Assembly: GCA_048569615.1 (NCBI GenBank)
Contig: JBLIRK010000002.1
Coordinates: forward strand, 8,390-72,389
Source of the DNA: Thermoplasmatota archaeon
Lineage (GTDB): Archaea; Thermoplasmatota; Penumbrarchaeia; Penumbrarchaeales; Penumbrarchaeaceae
Direction of reading: 5' to 3'
DNA: 64,000 nt
The notes below the pieces were generated by a model that was not told where the DNA came from, did not search any database, and worked only from the letters and a program-made list of their open reading frames with translations. Position 1 is the first letter of the stretch, and each line of letters opens with the position of its first letter. Shown here one piece after another: positions 57,522 through 64,000 of the stretch. The position numbers and the translations under genes were made by a program.

Positions 57522-60500
57522 ATGGCCATGTATTTTGCCAGTCTCAGGGAAGAGGCGAACAGGGCCGCTGAGATCGCCGGAAAGGCAAGATCAAAGGGTA
57601 TGGATCCGATATCCAAGGTCGAGATCCCCTTTGCGGATGATCTTGCGGGAAGGGTGGAAAACCTAGTGGGTCCGCCCGGAATAGCCCTCAGAATAAGGGA
57701 GCTCTCCCCGACAATGAGCAGGGAGCGCCTCTTATTGAAAATCGCAGAAGAGGTCTCCGAGAATATGGTCAGGAAGGGAGAGGATAGGCAGAAAGCATTG
57801 GACCAGGCGACGAGGACCGGGCTTGCCATATTGACGGAAGGCGTCCTTGTGGCTCCCCTGGAGGGCATAGCCGAGGTCAAGATAGGATACAATGATGACG
57901 GCTCCAGCTATGCAGATCTTTATTTCGCCGGACCAATAAGGGCTGCAGGCGGCACCGCCCAGGCCGTATCCGTGCTTATTGCGGACCAGGTAAGGAAGAA
58001 GCTGGGTATAGGTGAGTTCAGGGTCACGGAAAAGGAGGTGACGAGATACATCGAGGAGTTCCAGCTCTACAGGAACCTCCAGTACCGTCCGGCCAATGAG
58101 GAGATCGAAAAGGTCGTCAGGAACTGCCCGGTATGCATCAACGGCGAGGGGACGGAGAAGGTGGAGGTGTCGGGGAACCGAGACCTCCCGAGGGTGCCTA
58201 CAAATCAGGTCCGTTCCGGTATCTGCCTAGTCATAGCTGAAGGGGTCCTTTTAAAGGCAAACAAGATCCTCAAGATAACCAGGTCCCTTGAGATCGGAGG
58301 CTGGGAGTTCCTGGAGCAAATGAAATCCAAGAAGTCCGACGGGGATGAAAAAAAGGAAGAGGAAGCTCAGGCAGCATGCAGGGAGGATGAGCTCCTTCAG
58401 AAATTGATCACCATGAAGGACATGGAGGAGGATATGACGGACCTGGTCGATGAGGTGGATGAAGAGGGGAACTACCTCGAATTCACATTCGAGCAGGAAG
58501 ATGCCGATGACGAGATCGTTCAGTTGAACGATCAGGGGCTCTCTCCGAAGATCGAGGCCACGATGAAGTATATCAAGGACCTCATCGCGGGAAGACCGGT
58601 CTTCTCACACCCGTCAAGACCCGGAGGCTTCCGATTGAGGTACGGAAGAGGAAGGACCTGCGGTCTGGCTTCACTGGGTATCAATCCCTATACGCTTTTC
58701 TTGACGGGGGAATTCATGGCCGTGGGCACCCAGATAAAGATAGAGAGACCGGGAAAGGCAGGGGCTGTAACCCCTGTAGATACGATTGACGGCCCGATAG
58801 TCCTTCTGAACAACGGCGACCTGGTAAAGGTGAACTCCAAGGAATCCATGGACAGGGTGAAGGGACGGATCCGGTCCATCACCGATCTGGGGGAGATCCT
58901 CATACCCTTCGGTGAATTCGCCGAGAACAACCATTCATTAGTACAGGGCTCCTATAACGAGGACTGGTGGAAATGGGAAGTCCAGACCGCACTTTACATG
59001 AAGGACCAGAGAATGAATGAGCACCCCTTTGAGGAGTCCTTCAGTCTCGAAAGCAAGATCAAGGATATACAGAAGGAAGCGATGAGGCCATACGCGGCCC
59101 TGGAATGCGCCGAAGAGAAGATCTCCCGGGAAGAACTGGACAGGAAGAAGAAGGAATGCGAAGAGGATGCGGAAAGGAAGGTGAGGTCATACCTGATGGA
59201 GGCTGCAGAACGGGCTGATGAGAACGAGAAGAAGATAGCATCGTATGATATTTCCGAGCTGGTTCCCGCCACGGGAAAGGAAGCATTCGGGACAAGCTTG
59301 GAACTGGGAGTGCCCCTCCATCCTGATTGGACCCTGTTCTGGCATGACATTGACATTGGCGAGCTGAACAGACTGAGAACATATGTTCTTGAAAACGGCT
59401 TCCACCACGAGGAGAAAGGTCTCCGGATACCAAAGGACGAGCAGATCAAGAACCTGCTCATAAAGCTCGGATGCACCCATAATGAGGACAGTGAAGATTA
59501 TGTCATAGATCATCATGGATATACACTGCTGAGATGTCTGGGAATCAGGGAAGATATGAGATCCGTGAAACTGCCCAAGGGATTCTCCAGGGCAAGCAAC
59601 GTCATGATGGCCGTGAACCTCCTTTCCGGGATCAAGGTCATGGAGAGGTCCCCGACCAGGATAGGAGCGAGGATGGGGAGGCCGGAAAAAGCGGATACAA
59701 GGCAGATGAAACCTCCCGTCCACGGACTGTATCCCGTCGGCATGCAGGGAGGAACGCAGCGTCTGGTGAAGAAGACATTCGGAGTTCCGGTAGAGACAAA
59801 CACCATACCTCATCTTTGTCCCAAATGCAGATTGATAACCCCATTCGTGACCTGCCCCGATTGCTCCGTCCCGACAATGGTCCAATCCACAAGGGACGGA
59901 CCTGAGGAGAAGATGGTACTCAACACCAGGGACGACGGAGAAAGGGCTTCGAGGATCCTCGGATCTACCTCCATCGACTCTTTACCGGAAATGAAGGGGG
60001 TCAAGGGCCTCATTTCCAGGGAAAAGATACCCGAAAGATTGGAGAAGGGAATGCTGAGGGCCAAGCACGGTGTTTACGTTTTCAGGGACGGAACCGTCAG
60101 ATACGACATGACCGACATCACCCTGACCCATTTCCGACCCAGGGAAATATCGGCACCTGTGGAAAGACTTCGCGAGATAGGTTATACGGTCGACATCCAC
60201 GGAAAGGAGCTTGAAGGGGAAGATCAGGTATTGGAGCTGAAGGTTCAGGACATAATCGTCAGCGATGGAGGCGGAGATTACCTTGTGAAGGTTGCCAACT
60301 TCATAGACGATGAATTGGAGCTGCTTTACGGTGAAGAAAGATACTACAACGCCAAGAACAAGGAGGATTTGATAGGGACACTTGCCATGGGCCTTGCACC
60401 CCATACTTCAGCGGGAGTTCTCTGCAGGATCATCGGATTCACCGGGGCGCTGGGTTGCCTCGGGCATCCTTTCTATCATGCCGCCAAGAGGAGGAACTGC

Positions 60501-61277
60501 GATGGTGATGAGGATGCCGTAATGCTCCTGATGGATGGACTTCTGAACTTCTCCAGAAAGTTCCTGCCCGAGAAAAGAGGGGGGCAGATGGATGCTCCTC
60601 TTGTTCTTTCCATGAGATTGGACCCGGCAGAAGTGGACAAGGAAGCCCATAACGTAGATGTGAAGCACCGTTATCCACTTGACCTTTACCTAGCCACAAC
60701 CAGAGGAGAGAAGATTAACGAATACTGGATGAACAGAATGGATACCATCAAGACCAGGCTTGGTACTCAGAGGCAGTTCGAAGAGTTCGGCTTTTCCATG
60801 GACACAGGGGACATCAACTTTTCTCCGAGGATCTCCGCTTACAAGACGATTGGCGTCACCGAGGAGAAGATCAACAGTCAGCTGGACCTCGCAAAGAGGA
60901 TCCGTGCCGTGGACGAGGATGATGTAGCTGAGAGGGTTCTAACAACACATCTGCTTCCGGACCTGATCGGAAACCTTCGCTCATTCTCGCAGCAATCCTT
61001 CAGGTGCACCAAATGCGGGGCCAAGTACAGAAGGATAACCCTGACTGGAAAATGTACAAACTGGATATCGACACCGCAGCCCCACAGATGCAATAATAAA
61101 CTCATCCTCACAGTAGCGGAGGGTTCGGTAAAGAAATACCTCGCCATCGCCCAGCGGATATCAAAGGAATACAAGGTATCCAACTACCTTAGGCAGAGGA
61201 TAGATATCATCTCGGCTTCCATAGAGTCCATGTTCCCTTCCAGATTCAAGGAAACAACGCTTGACACATTCATGTGA
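57522..61277 (+). CDS. polC: DNA polymerase II (PolD) large subunit DP2
   Basis: ~1250 aa. The N-terminus MAMYFASLREEANRAAEIAGKARSKGMDP..EIPFADDLAGRVENLVGPPG is typical of DP2, as are the central catalytic region and Cys4 clusters CPKCRL..CPDCS and CTKCGA..HRCNNK. No intein-sized insertion. The track ORF starts upstream at 57372. Confidence 0.9.
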   Translation: MAMYFASLREEANRAAEIAGKARSKGMDPISKVEIPFADDLAGRVENLVGPPGIALRIRELSPTMSRERLLLKIAEEVSENMVRKGEDRQKALDQATRTGLAILTEGVLVAPLEGIAEVKIGYNDDGSSYADLYFAGPIRAAGGTAQAVSVLIADQVRKKLGIGEFRVTEKEVTRYIEEFQLYRNLQYRPANEEIEKVVRNCPVCINGEGTEKVEVSGNRDLPRVPTNQVRSGICLVIAEGVLLKANKILKITRSLEIGGWEFLEQMKSKKSDGDEKKEEEAQAACREDELLQKLITMKDMEEDMTDLVDEVDEEGNYLEFTFEQEDADDEIVQLNDQGLSPKIEATMKYIKDLIAGRPVFSHPSRPGGFRLRYGRGRTCGLASLGINPYTLFLTGEFMAVGTQIKIERPGKAGAVTPVDTIDGPIVLLNNGDLVKVNSKESMDRVKGRIRSITDLGEILIPFGEFAENNHSLVQGSYNEDWWKWEVQTALYMKDQRMNEHPFEESFSLESKIKDIQKEAMRPYAALECAEEKISREELDRKKKECEEDAERKVRSYLMEAAERADENEKKIASYDISELVPATGKEAFGTSLELGVPLHPDWTLFWHDIDIGELNRLRTYVLENGFHHEEKGLRIPKDEQIKNLLIKLGCTHNEDSEDYVIDHHGYTLLRCLGIREDMRSVKLPKGFSRASNVMMAVNLLSGIKVMERSPTRIGARMGRPEKADTRQMKPPVHGLYPVGMQGGTQRLVKKTFGVPVETNTIPHLCPKCRLITPFVTCPDCSVPTMVQSTRDGPEEKMVLNTRDDGERASRILGSTSIDSLPEMKGVKGLISREKIPERLEKGMLRAKHGVYVFRDGTVRYDMTDITLTHFRPREISAPVERLREIGYTVDIHGKELEGEDQVLELKVQDIIVSDGGGDYLVKVANFIDDELELLYGEERYYNAKNKEDLIGTLAMGLAPHTSAGVLCRIIGFTGALGCLGHPFYHAAKRRNCDGDEDAVMLLMDGLLNFSRKFLPEKRGGQMDAPLVLSMRLDPAEVDKEAHNVDVKHRYPLDLYLATTRGEKINEYWMNRMDTIKTRLGTQRQFEEFGFSMDTGDINFSPRISAYKTIGVTEEKINSQLDLAKRIRAVDEDDVAERVLTTHLLPDLIGNLRSFSQQSFRCTKCGAKYRRITLTGKCTNWISTPQPHRCNNKLILTVAEGSVKKYLAIAQRISKEYKVSNYLRQRIDIISASIESMFPSRFKETTLDTFM

Positions 61278-61390
61278 ATCTCAAGACGAGATCAAAGCAT
61301 CTCGCCTTGTCTTTTAGAAAAAAAAGAAGAAGGACACAAAATAATAAAGAAAAACAAGATAAGAGTTGAAGAATAAAAAAATTGAATGAT

Positions 61391-61432
61391 AAAAAAAGCC
61401 CCGGGAGCTTTGTCCCGGGGCAAGTTGTTTTT
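61391..61432. terminator. bidirectional terminator: perfect 9-bp hairpin flanked by A7 on one side and TTGTTTTT on the other
   Basis: AAAAAAA-GCCCCGGGA-GCTTTG-TCCCGGGGC-AAGTTGTTTTT. It lies between the convergent polC (+) and the 850-aa surface protein gene (-), and each transcript would read hairpin followed by a U-tract. Confidence 0.6.
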
Positions 61433-61438
61433 CCTGCC

Positions 61439-64000
61439 TCAGATGTTGATGAGCTCGCCGCAGAGGGGGCACTCGGCCTGGGATGCTCCATCGGGTATCA
61501 TCACTTCCGAACCGCAGAGCGGGCAGCTCTGGACGTTCCCTCCGACCGGTGGCGCCCCCGGCTCTCCAAGTCCCTCCTCTTCGGATGGCGGCTGGGGTCC
61601 CGAAAGGTCCTCGGGGGAGGGCGGTGCTGCGGGCTCCGGGACCTCCATATCCTCAAGCTCGGGCTTGGATTCCTCCTCTTCGGGAGCTTCCTCTCCTTCC
61701 TCGGATGGTGGGAGAAGGTCCTCGCTCGGAGGCTCCTGGAGAACGAAACCCGATGCTTCGTTTATTACGGCGGGGAGGGCCCATTGGATCGCCTCTATTG
61801 CCGGCAGGTCGTTGGTAGGCACGCCGGTCAGGACCTCGAACCTCTTCAGGTTCCTCCTCGTCCTTCTCAGCTCGTGCCTTGCGGTCATCCTCTCCTTGTC
61901 GGCCCTCTGCTTCATGTAAAAGACCACTCCAAAGACGATCAGGGCGATCACTATGATCACCACCAATGCCAGCAGGAGCCATCCGGGCAGGTTGTCCTCG
62001 AACTTCTTCTCTTTGACATTCTTGTTCCTCGGGAGCGGGTCCAATCTGTCGTTTATTCCATCCCCGTCCGTATCGGGATTCTTGGGATCCGTCTCGTTTC
62101 CGTCAATGAGACCGTTCATATTGATATCCTCCTGGATGTCAAGAAGTCCATCGTTATCGTCGTCGTCATCGATAATATCGGGTATCCCGTCCCTGTCCGT
62201 GTCAAGGGCGTTGATATCGGGAACTACGGTAACCGATACGGAAATGGAAACATTGGCGATGCCGTCGTCCACATGAAGGGTGATCACGTGGTTGTTCTGG
62301 GACAGCTTCTTGGTCAGAACGGGCTGCGTTCCCAGGTAGCCGTCCTTGTCCGAGTACCAGAGGAACTTGAGGTCATCCCCATCCGCATCCAGGGACTTGG
62401 ACCCGTCAAGCACTATGGGCTGGCTCTCGAGATACTTGGTCAGCTCCACCGGGCTTGTGATGATCGGGACGGGGTCGTGGTTGACCTTCTCGGGTGTGAC
62501 CTCTATCGGCAGGTCCTCGGAATAGGTATATCCGTTACCGGCGAGGTCCAGTGCCCTCCATCTGATATAGTTGATGGTATCCCTCTCGAAGAAGAGCGGA
62601 GGGGTGCTCACCTCTATCTCCGAATAGGAGCCGGAAATATCAAGGCTCTCCCAGGGACCGTAGTTGGAAACCCCGTTGTAGGAAATGGAATACTGTACGG
62701 TCCTGCCATCGATCCCTGATCCCTTTCCGTCGGTGAGGGTTATTCCGCAGCTCACGTAGCTGCTGTCCACGGGCTCGGAAGGCGTCGCCTGCTTGTAGGT
62801 CAGCGGAACCGTATCGACCTTTACCTGGAATGGGTCAGATTCGATATAGCCGTTCCCGGCAACGTCCATAGCTCTCCATTTCACGAAGTTGTCCTCACCC
62901 TCACGGAAGTTCAGGAATATCTTTACCCTGATCTGCTCTCCGTTCCTCCTTATGTTCGTGGGCTCCCAGGAAGAGAACGACAAACCGCCGTCGTATGATA
63001 CGGAATATTCAACCGAGCTACCTCGGACACCTGAACCGTCCATATCCCTGATCAGGATCTCGTAATTCACGGTGTTGTCGTTCACCCACGCACCCGGACC
63101 GGGATTGGGGGTTCCGAAGGTGGGCATTTCAACATCGTAATAAACGGATGCAGAGGTGGCCTCTCCGTAATTGTGGGCGGAGTCAACGGACCAGATGTAT
63201 ATCGTGTTCCAGCCTTCCTCCAACCCATCGAACTCTATGTTCGTGTTGGGTGTGAACCACCCGTCATCCGTACCGCCCGCGTCGTAGGTATTGTACATGT
63301 AACCGATAACCTCGGATGATTCATCACTTGCGGGGGACCACCCGATGTAAACATGGGGATCATTGTCGTATCCCATAAGGGTGTCTATATCCGAATCCGC
63401 CCTGATCTCGATGTCCTCGGGAGGCTTGGGCGGATCCGTGTCGACAAGGTAGAAGAAGCTAACGATACCCGAAACATCATCAGCTTCCCCGACGAGATCT
63501 ATGATCGTCAGGTTGAACTCTTCCCTCCCGGGCAGCTCCTGCGTCCTGAAGGTGAAGAGGATGTCCATCCCGGATGATGACGAGTTCAGGAAGACATTCC
63601 CGTAATTGTCCATCATCCTGACGGAGAAATATTCGTTCGGAGGTGAAGCATCCGTTCCCTCGTAGACAACCCTCATTCCGGTTACCTCCATTCTCTCTCC
63701 GGGCAGGACATAGGAACCCTTGCTGAGCATTCCGTTGACGCTTCCTATAACCTGGAGATTCCCTGACAGCTGGACATCGGTTTCCACCCGGAATATCGAG
63801 GGATAGGAAAGTGTGATCGCCAGGTCCCTTCCACCAAGGACCTGTACTATCATGTCCATGGGCTCTCCTGTGGGGAGATTGGGGTTAAAGCTCATATTGA
63901 AGTAGATGTCCATTCCGTCCCCGGACAAGGCGAATATCGAAGAGTCTATCGAGACAAAATCCTGGGGATCGAACTTCTCCGTCATTCTCATCAGCCCCCT
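61439..64000 (-). CDS. large surface protein (N-terminus beyond the window): Ig/PKD-like repeats, TSP3-like Ca-binding repeats, TM anchor, Pro/Glu-rich cytoplasmic tail ending in a zinc ribbon
   Basis: Frame open to the window end with no signal peptide at the first in-window Met, so it continues upstream. Internal duplicated module (..EYSVSYDGG.. / ..QYSISYNGV.., ..KWRAMDVAGNGY.. / ..RWRALDLAGNGY..). TSP3-like run ..DTDRDGIPDIIDDDDDNDGLLD..DTDGDGINDRLD.. TM LLLALVVIIVIALIVFGVVFY. The tail ends CPLCG..(10 aa)..CPLCG. Confidence 0.75.
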   Translation of the reverse strand, partial: RGLMRMTEKFDPQDFVSIDSSIFALSGDGMDIYFNMSFNPNLPTGEPMDMIVQVLGGRDLAITLSYPSIFRVETDVQLSGNLQVIGSVNGMLSKGSYVLPGERMEVTGMRVVYEGTDASPPNEYFSVRMMDNYGNVFLNSSSSGMDILFTFRTQELPGREEFNLTIIDLVGEADDVSGIVSFFYLVDTDPPKPPEDIEIRADSDIDTLMGYDNDPHVYIGWSPASDESSEVIGYMYNTYDAGGTDDGWFTPNTNIEFDGLEEGWNTIYIWSVDSAHNYGEATSASVYYDVEMPTFGTPNPGPGAWVNDNTVNYEILIRDMDGSGVRGSSVEYSVSYDGGLSFSSWEPTNIRRNGEQIRVKIFLNFREGEDNFVKWRAMDVAGNGYIESDPFQVKVDTVPLTYKQATPSEPVDSSYVSCGITLTDGKGSGIDGRTVQYSISYNGVSNYGPWESLDISGSYSEIEVSTPPLFFERDTINYIRWRALDLAGNGYTYSEDLPIEVTPEKVNHDPVPIITSPVELTKYLESQPIVLDGSKSLDADGDDLKFLWYSDKDGYLGTQPVLTKKLSQNNHVITLHVDDGIANVSISVSVTVVPDINALDTDRDGIPDIIDDDDDNDGLLDIQEDINMNGLIDGNETDPKNPDTDGDGINDRLDPLPRNKNVKEKKFEDNLPGWLLLALVVIIVIALIVFGVVFYMKQRADKERMTARHELRRTRRNLKRFEVLTGVPTNDLPAIEAIQWALPAVINEASGFVLQEPPSEDLLPPSEEGEEAPEEEESKPELEDMEVPEPAAPPSPEDLSGPQPPSEEEGLGEPGAPPVGGNVQSCPLCGSEVMIPDGASQAECPLCGELINI

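Noticed and set aside
57372-61277. Possible intein in the PolD large subunit
   Set aside because: Length from the preferred start (~1250 aa) is normal for an intein-free DP2. No C/S-initiated block or HNG terminator within the catalytic region was seen.
61382-62719. 445-aa plus-strand ORF
   Set aside because: Antisense to the well-supported 850-aa surface protein gene. No domain signature, and Gly/Val/Leu-rich composition typical of shadow frames in GC-rich coding DNA.
1-64000. CRISPR arrays or other spaced direct-repeat arrays
   Set aside because: No regularly spaced short repeats seen in any intergenic region. The only tandem repeat noted is the 12-mer pair at 36877..36900, which is treated as regulatory.

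Overview
This window is a contiguous archaeal chromosomal segment, most likely from an uncultivated Thermoplasmatota / marine-group-like euryarchaeon (inference). Archaeal hallmarks are the A-type ATPase subunits H/I/K/E/C/F/A/B, the PolD large subunit and a class II tRNA-Leu. About 50 protein genes are supportable, and coding density is high throughout.

Core content:
- A trx-like gene followed by a pdhA-pdhB-pdhC 2-oxoacid dehydrogenase operon (2270..5901, minus strand).
- CoA biosynthesis genes: CoaBC next to a GHMP-family kinase that is probably pantoate kinase.
- An A-type ATP synthase operon atpHIKECFA (29624..36667, minus strand). atpB sits alone about 10 kb away on the opposite strand, and atpD is absent from the window.
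- The DNA polymerase II large subunit DP2 (57372..61277).
- A Sir2 deacetylase.
- A roughly 5 kb oxidative-damage defence and repair island: Ogg, fRMsr-like GAF, flavin-reductase-rubredoxin, ferritin, peroxiredoxin, erythrin and rubrerythrin.

Accessory content:
- Roughly a third of the window encodes seven giant surface proteins of 600-1500 aa. Six are signal-anchored type I membrane proteins. They carry beta-helix, FG-GAP/ASPIC, PKD, FN3, CARDB, CarboxypepD_reg and TSP3-like modules.
- Their cytoplasmic tails are acidic, contain Cys4 zinc ribbons, or both.
- A 945-aa cytoplasmic coiled-coil repeat protein with TPR and a 6x CxxC zinc finger is operonic with one of these surface proteins.
- An orphan CcrM/HinfI-family N6-adenine methyltransferase lies next to atpB.
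- A PqqD-like / OPT-transporter / small secreted protein operon is present.

I found no rRNA, CRISPR array, transposase, integrase or other mobile element. Two hairpin-plus-T-tract terminators and several TATA-like promoter elements are visible. Start codons are partly uncertain: several track ORFs open with TTG or GTG, and those cases are flagged in the evidence.
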